Source of the DNA: Marsupella aquatica
Taxonomy: Eukaryota; Plantae; Marchantiophyta
DNA: 64,000 nt
Direction of reading: 5' to 3'
Assembly (NCBI GenBank): GCA_973895155.1
Contig: OZ316894.1
Location: 4,178,944-4,242,943 of the forward strand
Positions within the stretch are counted from its first letter, which is position 1. Each line of letters begins with the position of its first letter. The position numbers were made by a program, and so were the translations under genes. Of the stretch, positions 51,370 to 64,000 are shown one piece after another. The notes under the pieces were generated by a model that had not been told where the DNA came from, did no database searches, and saw only the letters and a list, made by a program, of their open reading frames with translations.

Positions 51370-51993
51370 ATGGAGTACTTGGTGGATCCGTTCGACGTGA
51401 AGGGAGAGGAGGAGATGGAGAATGAGAATGAGATGGATTCGGAACTGTTTCTGAGAGAGGACCAACTTTCGTGGCTCTACCAGCTCATCAATTCCATGCC
51501 CATGAACCCAGCCGATTACTCGGCCCATTTTTGCATCAGCTGCTGTCGCTACTTGACGGCGGATGAGCTCGTGGCGAGCCACAGACACCACCAGCAGACC
51601 TCCACGCAAATTCCACACCACCTCTTCCCTCTGATCCTTGTGCAGAGCAAGGACAATGACATGGGGGCCGGCGACTCCTATGTGAGCATCCAGGCGCTGA
51701 GGGAACTTCAAGTGCCCATTGGAGATGTGATATCTCACGTGCTGCCCCATCCCCACCCCCGGCTTGTTCGAGTCAATGGGGTCGGAAACAACCTGGCCAG
51801 GTGTTTGTACGTGCACCCACAGCATGACAGAGACGACATGTGGCAAGGGGCAATGTTGTCGGGGAGATGTGCATACCGGCATTGCGAGAGAATTTTCAAT
51901 AACAGACAGAGCCATTTGAGATTGTATGGGATTACTCCACAGTATTGCTCCATCAGCTGCAAGGTCAGAACCTGGATTTCCTGTAACAACTAG
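51370..51993 (+). CDS. Divergent PLATZ-like zinc-binding protein
   Basis: WLxxLI, FCxxC...HxHH, CxxxxCxR and YCSISCKV match the order of PLATZ motifs. A possible GT donor follows CK. Confidence 0.6.
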   Translation: MEYLVDPFDVKGEEEMENENEMDSELFLREDQLSWLYQLINSMPMNPADYSAHFCISCCRYLTADELVASHRHHQQTSTQIPHHLFPLILVQSKDNDMGAGDSYVSIQALRELQVPIGDVISHVLPHPHPRLVRVNGVGNNLARCLYVHPQHDRDDMWQGAMLSGRCAYRHCERIFNNRQSHLRLYGITPQYCSISCKVRTWISCNN

Positions 51994-53699
51994 GCATCTT
52001 GCAATCAACCACAACACCATTATTTTGTGGGATGCTACGCCAACGTCTTGTTGAGTTCATTCAAGCGTTTGTCACGATGAGTGCCCTCTGGCAATTTTTT
52101 GAGACCGAAAATTTGAGGCCATCAATATCCTCAAATCAGGCTTTGCGGCTGATCATTCGACTTGCTCCAACTAAAGACGAGGAGCTGCAGTTCATGTTCA
52201 GGTTGCAGATCTCAAATGCAATGCTGGACACCTCCAGCATTGTTCGAATTTTTGACACCTAGTGCTCGGAAGAGTTTACTTGAGCGGACATTCAACATTC
52301 ATGTCATACCGCCACGGATCCTTCAATTACGGTAGCCCTTGTAGGTACGAGCTTTATTTGCATCGGTTTGCTGCGGAAGAGTGTTCTATGGGTGGACCAT
52401 CCAAGATCCAAAGACTTCGATTTTTCGCCGCGAATTCTCCGGCTCCCTAGCTGAAGCACCAGGCTAGCATTCAGTCCTTCGAGTTGCCGAGAGAACTGCT
52501 AGAGTTTTTATCAGGCCAAGCATATCTGTGTGAATTGTTGCATCCACTTATTCGTGCGAATAGCCGAGAGGATGTCCCAAAGTTTTCTGGCCAATGTGCT
52601 CCAACGCGGCTGTTCCGAACTGTCAGGCAATTCGAAGGTTCACAGTGACACTTTAGGTAGAAAATTTTGATAGCAGAAACGGTTCAATGAAGAGTTTTAG
52701 TAAGGCGGATAGTTTACATTTTCAAGCTTATCGCCCCGGATCGAGGTATTGCAGTAGCTTAGGTAGATTAATTTGTCATCCAAGATGGGCTTCTCCAATT
52801 TGCCCACAGAAGCTCCATTGAGCAACTTACATTTCGGTGGTGGGCAATGTGTCTTTCACACGGACACAATTTTCTTTGCCCAATCATGTAGCAGCACGGC
52901 GATAATGCCCTTCTCGAGAAATGAAAACTAGTCCACATGGTTTGGATTGATTTACTGCCAGATACGGAAGAAAATGTCTACTTTCGATCAATTGCTTGTG
53001 ATCACGATCAATGCTGTGAAACATTATAACAAAATTCAATCATCTGGTATTCTACACGATGAAAATTTGCACAAGCTATCATTTCTTCCACTCATCAACA
53101 ATGAAACTCAAGTAAAGTCGCGTCGTGGAGTAGCTTTTCTTTTCCTCGTTTTCTCGTTGGGTGAAATTGCAAGAGAAAGTACCATGAGTATGCATAATTA
53201 TGAGAGAAACACAACAGTATCATTTCAACCGTGCACGTGTTGGATGCCTAGTCAAGTGCGCATTTTCTTGAGCAGGATACTCCCTCACCAACACAGAGAC
53301 CTGCAAGCATAGAGGATGATTTATGACTTGTTCAACTTGAGAGTTCTTCAGGTAAAGAGTACAACAGACCAAAGTATGCCGTACCATCCTAAATACTAAT
53401 AAACAAAGTACATTTGGTAGAATCACCTGAGACTGTCATTAAGGTAACGGGAGCTCGACTTCTGGACGACGTAGTCACCAGCGTGACCTTGCTTCTGGTC
53501 ACCAATGGACCTGTTTAGCACTGGACCCCAGCCCAGACCTTGTCTGTGTCCAATAATGGACCTGTGGGGCTCAGCCCAGAGTCCTAGACCTTGAGTGGCG
53601 GCCCGTTTAGCCGATGAGACAGAGAGTGAGGGAGTGAGAGAGAGAGAATTATCTCCGGCTGGTTTGGGGATAGGATTTGGATTCGATGGGGAAGAAGGA

Positions 53700-54500
53700 A
53701 CCGTGCAGAGTTACAAGTTGAACACGGGGACATTGATGACTACCTCGGCTTTAGGATCTTCCGCTACAGGATTGTTTCCCGAGGAGGTCAAACAATATGT
53801 TCTGAAGGGGCTTGAGATTGGGTACAGGTCGTTGGACGCAGCAAACATTTATGGAGGTTTTCAGGTGAAGCGAGAAGAGGCGTTTGTGACCACGAAGATT
53901 TGGTGTGCTGATATGTATTCCATCATTCCTGCTACGCAGGTCAGCCATGAGTGAGCTGAACTGGACAATGTGGATCTCATGCTGGTGCACTGGTCAAGGA
54001 GCTTTCGCAAGGGTTCCAGCCCAAGGGCCGGGCAGACGATTGGGCTGGCAACGGCCATTGGGAGGCGTCCCCGTAATTGCACATCAAAATGTGACAATGT
54101 CCGGGCATCGCTCCATATTGCCACATTTTGATGTGCAATTGGAGTGCGAAGTGTCAGTACTATTAGGTTGAAGGAGAGAGGCCCACGCCGGAATTGTCCC
54201 AGCCATTCAGGGTGATGAGGTCACAAAGGTAAGAATACTGTAACCAGAAGGGGATACATGTGGATGCATGGTCACCGTTGTTTTCTCTGGGATATGGTGG
54301 CATGTAGCGGATCAAATGCAGTTATCGACAAACCTGTAGGAGATTGCTGAGAAACACGGAAAGATCATTCCTAAGATCGCTCTCAGGTGGGTTTTGGACA
54401 CAGGTGTTTGGCTGACGGTGATGAGTTCCAACCAAGAGAGGATGGCTAATAGCTTGGACTTTTCTATTGAATCTTTCTCCAGATGACCATGAAAAGATGT
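53700..54500 (+). pseudogene. Aldo-keto reductase pseudogene, intronless
   Basis: YKLNTG, GYRSLDAANIYG, REEAFVTTKIW, VDLMLVHW, GIHVDAWSPL, IAEKHGK...IALRW, SSNQERM. Deletions, stops and frameshifts. Confidence 0.88.
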
Positions 54501-55429
54501 AGGGAGTCACGCCATTCAGAAAATTTGATGGAACATTTTGGTTCTATCGGAGCAATCAAAGATACAATTCTGTCGACATTAATAAGTTACGCGCTGCTTC
54601 CAGCGAGCTATCACTGGAGATTACGGTGTTGCGTATTTGCAGTGGTACATACAACTCCGCGGCAACCAGTAACTGGGATTGCATTTCACGTCGTACTTCT
54701 TTACCGTGGCACACTTCACCGTATAGCAGGCTGTACTAAAAGGGATTAGGGGAGGGCATAATTTTGGAGTTTGTCCTCATTGCTGAAATACATTTCAGGA
54801 TATCTTGAAGTGCTATATTCGAATGATGCATTCCTCCGCGGCACCAGTGAAGCGTAGACCTTGTTCATGTCAAAACGCAAGTCCCACCTTGAAGCATAAC
54901 GTAATGTGTTTTAAGGAAGAACTCGATGGTTGTAAAATTTGAAGCCAAGGTCTCAAAAAGGAGATCCCATCAAAAAGATGTGACAGATTGAATAATAAGA
55001 TCTGTATCCCGCTTCGGTGAGAGCTAGGAGGAGGAACTTTTCCAAAACATATCGAGTTCCCTAGTTAGAGTTCTGTCCTTGAGATCTCCACCAACAATTT
55101 CCTAACAACAAGAAGATGGGTACACCCCGGACTTTTGAGGGGAAGACCGCTCAATACCATTATCAAAATTGGGTGGAATCCCAAAACCTTAGACCTTCAC
55201 ACCAGTTCCTAGAATCCCGTTCCACCATTTCTCGGACCTTACGTCTACCTCCGTCTATGCACTAGACACTATTTTTGCTCCCAATATTCCTCAACAGAAC
55301 TCTTCTCAAACTAAATACTAGCCCGCTATGCCAAGTCCAGCAGAGGACAGAGTTCTACATATAGCCACCACTTCAAGCGGCTCAATAGATTCAGACTATG
55401 TAGCAAGCGCTGTGGAATTTCTGGCCACC

Positions 55430-58400
55430 TCATGATGGTGCACCCAGATATGAAGCCAATCGCAAAACATCGCAAAATACTCCACCTGCTGTTACGGCTG
55501 CTCCAGCTCCAGGTCCTCTCACTATTAATGGTTGCTGACGGTACCTTTTACTTTTGAACGAGATTATGTTGTCACTACCAGAGAGCTGTGCAAATGCATC
55601 TGTTTTCTTGTATCGTCGGAGCTCTACCCTCCCTTCATTATTTAGAACATCTACCACTCCCACATAGCGCAGCACCTGTATGCAACATTTGACAAGCACA
55701 ACAACCAGACAATGTCATTGTTTCCAAACACATCATTGAAGAAAATTGTTTGTTCACGAAAGCCAGGAAGTCTGATTCATCCTCCACTCTGTTGATTGAA
55801 CGAAATTATGAAAAGCAGATAACAAAGTACAATCAACATTCTTAAATACAGGAAACAAAACACAACACATGGCAAGAACATCTTACTAAATAGAAGCTTT
55901 ACTGTGAACAAGCATGTTAGTATGTAGTAATCTCTTCAGGAACACCAAGTACAAGTCGTTGATGTCCATCACCAACAATTCTCTCTTGAAATCGACATTT
56001 TAGAAAACTGACCCGCGACATCAAACAACCCAACGATTCTTCAAAGTTTTGAACTCCTACCTCGCCATCTTTCTCAGCTTCATCTCGTCGTGAAGACATT
56101 TCCCCATCATACTCCGGTAGTTTCGTCAAATATTCCTCAACAGATATGTCACCCTGTAACCACGTACATGCAAATAATCATTCCATGATGCTTGCTATCA
56201 CATGGGAATTGGATTACTTTAGATTTCTCTTCAACAAGATTAGAGAGGTGGTTCCCTAATCCGCAAACTGGTCTGTATGCCGTCAACAAAGAAGGCACGA
56301 TTGAGAGATTCCTACTCTGCAAATCGTCCAAGTGAAAGCATACTTGAGAATGTAAGCATCGACCGGAATAGAAAATACCAACTACCTGCAAAGCTTCCGG
56401 CACCAGACTTTCTACAGGAATGTCCTGTAATTCTAGTTTCAATCCAGCTTCCCTAGCAAGAATGATGACCTGCAATTTGTTCTTCACCGTCAGTCATATC
56501 GATGGCCCTTGGCACGCAATGTGATCAACTCCGATACTTACATAGATTAAAACCTCATATATAATGCCAAAGTTACCTTGCGAGCTACATCTCCTCCTAG
56601 ACTAAAACCTCAAATTGAATGCCAGAGTTACCTTGCGAGCTACATCTACTCCTCCAAGGTCATCCCTTGGGTCTGGTTCAGTGTAACCAGCTACTTTTGC
56701 TTCCAAAACTATCTGACTGAAAGTTTTATCGCCGGTGAAATTATTAAATATGTAGCTCAAGGTCCCACTGCATTGAGATAGCCGAAATGGTTGTTAGATA
56801 ATTTGAAACAAAACAAACGCCACAGTAAATCAGCAACCAGATCATCTGAGCAAGCTAGGAAGAAATAGAAGTAGCATTTCACCTGAAGATACCCTCCACC
56901 CGTTCAATTTTGTCACCAGTTTCTAGCAATCCTCGTAAAGTGCTCATAATGGGCAGCCCAGCACCAACAGTTGCTTCGTAGAAGTAATGTGTGTACGACC
57001 GCCGTTGAACCTGCTTAACTGCTAGATACTAAACAGAGCGAAACAAAGAAGATTTTAAAAATAGTACAACGAATGATGTACGGAGAACCCTTGAAGGAAA
57101 TTATGGATTTCACCTTGCCGTGCAATAATAAGAGGCCCACGAACGTTGTGACCTCTACCTTCTAGCCAGATTTTCCAGGAAATATTCCTCTTAATTGTTC
57201 TGCGGCCTTATCGTTTCAAACGAGATAAAAAGTGGCAAAAAACCACTTCTGACCGTTTCTGAAGTCTGCAATGAGGTCTCAAATGTTGTTGGTTACCTCT
57301 GTTACTTGGCAAATTTAAATTCTCACGTTGGTCGGAAAGTGCTTCACAATGCTTACCTGATCAAGAGGGCCTGAATTGGCTTTCTTGTTGGGAGTTATTA
57401 CATGAATCCCCTTCGTCATCCACTGCAGATAATTCTTTGCCACGTCCGCATCTGCAGTGCAGTCTACGATAACCTTGTTTGGAACGAAGTGGTTGTTATG
57501 CAAATGTGATGTGAACTTTTCCATATCTGCCATTTCGCCTTTTTCGTCGTAGAGTTCCTTCCACTTGGACAAATCCAGCCGCCTGTACTCACCACAAACT
57601 ACAAATTACTCTATGTTTTCAAGGTTACAAAGGACGTGCTGTATCTCAGGTCACAAGTACAAAAAGACTGGTCAAAGCTAAAGGTTGTAGGCAATTGTGT
57701 TGAGTAAATGGTACAAAAACTTACGACTCGTCCAATATCATAGATCTAGAACCAATGATTCCCATGACTCGCAAATCAATATTGAATTCTTCCTTCAAAG
57801 TGGCTGCCTGAAATTCACATAAGATACACTGAATAGCTCAGCTAACATACACATAGGACATCTTCAAATGCAGAAAACAACGAATAATTACACTGCAAAT
57901 GTAACCTTCAAATGTAATCTTCAAATCACATTTCCATAAGGGATAACGAAAATATTCACATAAGTGCTAAAGAGCGACATGTCAGCGGAAGTTACAGGAG
58001 CATTTACGATATGTCATCTATAGTATGTCGGATAAGCTAAGTGCATAATGAGAATTCTATCCTAATTAACCTGTGATTAATATTATTGAAGGATAAAAGT
58101 GAATATTGTTATGAATCAATCAACTTTGCTTACCTGCTCTCGAAGCTGTTCTAAGAAAGTGGCACCAATGAGACCAGGCCCAACAACACCGACAGCCAAA
58201 GGAGTTTTGGAGAGATAGAAGCGTGAGTGAACTGCCTTCAGAGCTCTAATGGAATCTTCTTGATCGACCACCACTGTGATATTGTATTCGGAGCAACCTT
58301 GAGCGATCGCTCTCACGTTTATGTTTGCCTGCATTGGTGCTAGCAGAGATCAAACAAAATTCCGAACTCCTACTCAACTCCTACTATTCTACTTCGCTGA

Positions 58401-61400
58401 TTCGAGATTTGACAACCAAAAATTCACATCGATATCTCACGAATCGTCACCCCGTTAATATGAATGCAATAGATCTCTCATCCTCCAGGTGTATCCACTT
58501 ACCTTAGCAAGAGCATTGAAGAGTGTAGCACTAACTCCTGGAGTACTGGCCATTTTCTGCCCAACTGCAGCTAAGATAGCACAGTTGGCGATGACTTCAA
58601 CCTGCAATTTATATAAGCCCAACAGCTGGTCAATACCGCCTCAATCTCCACTGAAGCTAGACACTCCCTGCCAGGACCCATTTTGATAGGAACTCAACCT
58701 ATAAGTTCATCAATGGAGGGTGAAGGCAAAATTAGATCAAGTGATTTCATTGACAATATTCAATAAAAACTAGCTCTTTTGACGGCTAATCCATCAAATC
58801 CGTAAGCGAAACGGGTAGTAAGAGCAAAGTATGACAAGAAAGATAAGAGAAGAAAGGCCATGGAGGAGATTCTAGTGCCTTAGAAAGACGTCCTGCATCC
58901 AAAGCTCTTCTAAACTTTCCTTCCAAGGCCCTTGCTACGGTCTGGGCTTCCTTCTCTGGAACAGCAAAGCATATTGAGTGCTCACTGCTAGCCTGCGCAA
59001 AATCATTCCAAAGTCACCAATTCATCAATCCAAATGGGAGTCATTTCCACAAGGAAGCGCACTAATTGAAAACTGATAACCTTAGACAAAATGATTATAC
59101 AAGTGGAAAGGACGTTTCCCTGGCCATTCTGAAACAGTCCGCGGCAGTGTCTACAACAATCAAATAGGAGGCAGTTCTGCCCCACGAGTTTAAGACAATT
59201 TGTCATTGTTGGCGCTTACTACATAGGACATACCAATCTCATAACGTTGAGACGATTGATGGAGATACGTACATACCTGAGATATCATCACCACACTAGC
59301 ACCAACGCCCTTCACAGTTTCAAAAATAGTACTAGCTGTTCCAGGAACTCCAGCCATACCAGTCCTATATGTCATCACAAACCAATACCATGAGTCCAAC
59401 TTACATCCCTTGTTTATTATGTCAACATTAGCTACACATGAAAGCTTGAAGCCAGTCATGCGACCAGCTAAATGGTTAGTGCTGTAGCACTTAAACAAAG
59501 GTTCCAGAGACTTTGCCAAACAAATCTGATGCTAGATAAGCGTGGATATAATGCCATTACAATACTAGGGGAATCCGCACCCTTCAACATTTATGAGGGC
59601 CATGTTGTCAATGGTGGCGAAACCCTTCACAACTTTGGCAGCAGCAGCCGACTCATTTGTGTCATCAGATAGTGCATGAGAGTGCCAGATTTTCGTTCCT
59701 GCAGCTGACAAGTCGAAAACATTTCTTATGGTGATTGGAATGTTGTACTTCATTACAGGAATTGTGGTCCTAGGGTGTAGGACATTTGCTCCAAAATATG
59801 ACTGCAGGCCACAGAAGAACATCATCTTACAAGGATTGCTAAGAAGCAACAAGTAAGCCCATGTGCACCAGCAGCACTAAACCTCAAGCCAATTCCAAGA
59901 TGTAACCATTGACAACAAGAGATCTTATGACGGCGGTGCCTACGATTGGGAATTGGCCCTAGACACAGATTCCTTTTGTAACAGCTCGCTGATTGTGCAC
60001 TTAACAATTAGCCAAACAACATCAACCTCTGGCAAAGCAGAACGAAAGACATACCATCTCCCAGGCCTCCTGATATGAAAGTGAGCTCAAGACAACAGCA
60101 TCTTTTACTGTCCACAGATAGATCAGGTCATAATCAGCAGTTGCCTTACAACCATCTCATAAACCGTTCATCTCAAATTTTCACCACGTAGGAGCCCAAA
60201 CAATGAGACTTTCTTTTGAGAAAAAGGACCTTAAGGGGACAATGAGGGTACCTTTTCTTGGGTCAGCGCTGTACACACCACTAACGTCAGTCCAGATGGT
60301 AACCCTGCCAGCTCTAAACAGGGCACCCATAATGGCTGCCGAAAAATCGCTTCCATCTCGTTTTAAAGTGGTTGGAATATTTTGTGGGGTACTGGCAATA
60401 AATCCAGTCACGATAATGGTATCTGCTGGAGACTTTGCGTACCACACTGTCAATCTTTCCAAAGACATCTCAAAATCTGGATCCACTTGGTTTGAGGTTG
60501 TTGGATTCACGACAAGAACTTCTCGGGCGTCCATCCACACACAAGACAAACCCCTCTGCGACACCAAGTGCACCACCGTCAGGTCCCTCAAATGAAAAGT
60601 ACTTGAGTGAAGACTGCTTCCAATCTTTCTCTTGTTACATGGTCATCATATGCACACTGCAAAGATGGGTTAGACAGGTGACAAGTAGTGCTGACCAAAG
60701 AATACCTTCCTCACGGCGGCTGCCAGCAATTGGGCAGACCATAATTCCCCGTATCCAGCGACATAGTCCGAGAAGCTCTCAGTTGCATTTCCAGCTGCAC
60801 ACACGGCGTTGCGATGGTCAGAAAAAGATCTTGTAGAAGAAGAGATCCACTACTCCACCACACAATGGAAAACCTTTAATCATTCGTTGGATTTCGGCAA
60901 GAAGATCTGACAGCACTAAACGAAGGTCAAAGTTCGAAGACTAGCAAACGACATTACGAAAAAACACACAAGCATCTATGGAAGAAAAAATTTACAAAAT
61001 CCCCACTGAGCTTTTTATGATTAGCGAAAATTGCCATCGGGAGAAGAAACAACCAAAGAAAACAAATTCTTATGACTTATCATATGCATGAAAGACCGCT
61101 AGCGAAGTGAACATTGGGTGAAATGCTCAGAGCCCAAAGACTCCATTAAGAGAGGAAATGGGAAGAGACACAGTAAAACTGGCTCCTACCAATACAAATT
61201 GCGCGCAGCATGGCCTTAAGATTCAAGATGTCCTCTTCAAGTACTTTAAGAAAGTTGTCGAGCTCTTCCCCACTTCCCAGTAGACCGGTGGCTGTAGCCT
61301 CATGCTTCTCCCGAATTTTCTCCAGAGCGTCCAAATATGCATCATTTCGAGATTGTGCCTTCTCCAGGAGGTCGTACATCATGTCTGTCACCTTCGACAT

Positions 61401-62231
61401 TGCCGAAACTACCACAACCTTTCGAAGTGAGTCATCATCCACGATGATGCCTGATACATTCCAGATTCTCTCTGTTGTACCCACACAAGTGCCTCCGAAC
61501 TTGTGCACGGACCATGTCTCCCCTTGGGGCAAAACTGGCTGCAGCTCTGCAGGCTTGTCTTCGGTCCTGACATTCACATCTGCACGAGAAGAAAACCATT
61601 AGACCCTGCAAACTACGCAGTTCTTTTGCTGAGCCAAAAACACTCTCTACAGAATTGACCATCCGCACAAACAGAGCATTCGCACAATCCTGTAGTTTTA
61701 TTTGTTGTTCCGCGCTAAAGTACCTGCGAGGGCAGCCCTGACGCCAGCCTTTCTGCTGCTGCTACTTCTCATCACCATTCCCCTGGAAGCTACATTCTTG
61801 CTCCTGCAGCTGATCAACCCTGAAATGTCACCTCCTCCTACAAAAGCTTGACTACTCCTAAACCCTATGCTGCAAAACCTCAGCAGAGTAGACGCATTCT
61901 GGTGACCTCCAAGAACCAGAGGCGGCTTCCTCAGCACCATCATTGTAGGTGTCGGTGGCTTCACAGAATAGTACTCAGCTGTGGAAACTTTCCCGGCACC
62001 TCCGATTCTGACCATCTTCGAGTCATCGGCCCACGAATTCTGAATTTTTCTCTGGGCATCGGAGCTAACTGGTCTAGAGGTGGCACGAGGCGTCGTGGAT
62101 TGCCTAGGTGCAACGTTGCGCAGTCCATTGTAAGTCACGGACTCGGATTGAAGACGCGGCGAGGTGGCCGTGCTCTGAACTACATTCCTGGAAATCTGAG
62201 CACCACCCACGTAGGAAGTGCTAGCAGCCAT
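55430..62231 (-). CDS. AK-HSDH: Bifunctional aspartate kinase / homoserine dehydrogenase, plastid-targeted
   Basis: 17 exons: 62231-61724, 61579-61190, 60794-60706, 60555-60252, 60107-60055, 59801-59581, 59364-59277, 58992-58879, 58601-58503, 58328-58134, 57807-57725, 57582-57357, 57028-56883, 56767-56632, 56469-56386, 56153-56061, 55675-55430. Motifs HKFGGT, RDGSDFS, two ACT domains, GPGLIG, TPNKK, RGPGAG. Confidence 0.97.
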
Positions 62232-62744
62232 TCTGCTAGCAATTTATAGCTCTCTTTCCAGCTACGTTCCAGATGAACAGATAACGCTTCTCGCATTCAC
62301 AACATGTAAATCCCTTAAGAATCGAGCTCTCTCTCGAGAATCGGAGAGCTGTTTGCTTCGAGCTCGAGGCCCACAGCCCAGAAATACTGCACTACTGCTA
62401 CTGATGCACTGAAACTACAGCTTCTCAGTCTGGCAGTCTGAAATACATTTCAGCAGTTCTGAAGCACATCCCGCAGTCAGGCGAGCTCGAAACGGAACGA
62501 GCAGAGCAGAAATCTCGAAGTGAGATTATGATAGTGAGATGGTGGAGAGGGATCCATGAATGTCATCACTGTGACGGCTCTGCTGGGGTTTTACCCGTTT
62601 CTCGAAGGTAACAGAGATGGCCAGAAAACAAAAGAGGTATTTTTGCTTCATGGGACCCCATGTTACTTTATAGGACCCCTGAATGATCCAGTGATCCAGA
62701 CGGTTGATTGACTTGGATAGGCCTTGAATCAACGTACCCAAAAT

Positions 62745-63085
62745 CTGAAGGGTCCTATCAAGTCACACTGTTCATATTGGGGTCCCATCAAGCTTGGATA
62801 GACCTTGCATCAAGTACCCAGAATTTCAAGGGTCCTCTAAGTCACACTTTTCGTTTTGGGGGTCCCATCAAGCAAATACTTCCAAAACAAAACCCGGCAG
62901 AGAAAATGATTCCATCTCAAGGGTCCTATCAAGTCACACTTTTCATTTTGGGGCCCCATCAAACAAATACTGCAAAAACAAAACCTGGCAGAGAGGATTC
63001 TTTCTCAAGGGTCTTATCAAGTCACACTTTTCATTTTGGGGTCCCACCAAGCAAATACCTCCAAAAACAAAACCTGGCTGAGAAA
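62745..63085. repeat. 80-90-bp tandem repeat, ~4 copies
   Basis: AAGGGTCCTATCAAGTCACACTTTTCATTTTGGGG at about 62748, 62828, 62919 and 63007. Confidence 0.88.
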
Positions 63086-63439
63086 GGATTCTATGTTATC
63101 TCCTTCCATTTTTGCCCTCGTCCCTGTTTTGTCAGTACCCTCATTTAATTTCACTTGTGTAGTCACTTAGAGTCATGGTGTATAGACTACCCTTTTGTCA
63201 GCACGAGTCATTATCTTGGTTTATTTTTGTCTTGAAAGGAAATGAGAAAGAACACTTAGTAGATTCTCCCCACCCCAATAGTGACATGCATTCTTTGTAG
63301 AGCATCCATTTCAGGGTGAGTTCCTATGGATAGACAGGGACCCGCACCAGGAGGGAGAGAGTATTTTTAATCAGGGTCACAAAGTGGGCAACCAGGGGCC
63401 AACGAGATCATTATAACTGCAATCCACTACCCACAAAAC

Positions 63440-63545
63440 CCATCCCACCACACACTTATACCCTACACACCCCATGTGTGGAGGGGGGGATTGAACCTGG
63501 GACCTTTTAGTTCCAGGCTAATCCCTTAACCAACTGACTGTTTAC
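63440..63545 (-). mobile_element. tRNA-derived SINE-like element
   Basis: Minus strand CAGTCAGTTGGTTAAGG...AGGTCCCAGGTTCAATCCC contains A and B boxes, followed by a GT-rich body shared with the 47858 copy. Confidence 0.6.
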
Positions 63546-64000
63546 CAGCCATTTTTTGTGAGCCAAAACTAAATAATTACTTACCAGAAAAAACAGGCAG
63601 TTTATTGATACCCTGCAGGCTAAGATTTTAAAAAACATGTTCCATTAGCCACCACGGAATGTACTATGGGGGAGAATTAATGAAAGTACTATACAATAGT
63701 CAGAAAGTACTGTGTAATTGAGGAAAAAGTACTTTATAACCAGACTATGCTTGACAGTAGGATAAAATAGGCACCACCTTGGCTAATGTTTAAGAACAAG
63801 AAAAAGTTGGCTTTTCAACACCCTCATTTAAGTTAGGTTATGTTGTCACAAAGATTCACGGTCTAGAGGCTACCATCACTCAATTTCAGTAATGTTTTCA
63901 CTTCGAGTCACAGTCTATAGGCTCACTCTAGACAACCTCCATGAGTATGGAAGGTTTGATTGGACTTTATTAGTAATATATACTTCATCATTCATTCTCA

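Noticed and set aside
51250-52020. 256-aa minus-strand ORF
   Set aside because: Antisense shadow of the PLATZ-like ORF. The same applies to the short ORFs antisense to both membrane-protein paralogs and to AK-HSDH exons.

Overview
Eukaryotic, intron-rich land-plant nuclear DNA. A bryophyte/liverwort origin is my impression from gene content, not proven. Two conserved multi-exon genes lie on the minus strand: an ABCG half-transporter (~27.2-33.7 kb) and a plastid bifunctional aspartate kinase-homoserine dehydrogenase (55.4-62.2 kb, 17 exons, one GC-AG intron). The rest is accessory DNA. It includes the 3' part of a decayed Helitron (PIF1 helicase, antisense kinase cargo, hairpin-CTRR end at ~4324) and a head-to-head inverted pair of intronless membrane-protein genes. 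There are also F-box/kelch and PLATZ-like ORFs, pseudogenes (FCP1/NIF-type phosphatase, aldo-keto reductase, LRR), tRNA-derived elements, MITEs and many minisatellites. The strongest candidate novelty is a ~200-nt non-coding element with compensatory stem changes, found twice, each time between a TATA-like box and a different, unrelated ORF. Next is a 133-bp TG...CA solo-LTR-like insertion built around a tRNA-like core. All calls were made by eye without database searches.
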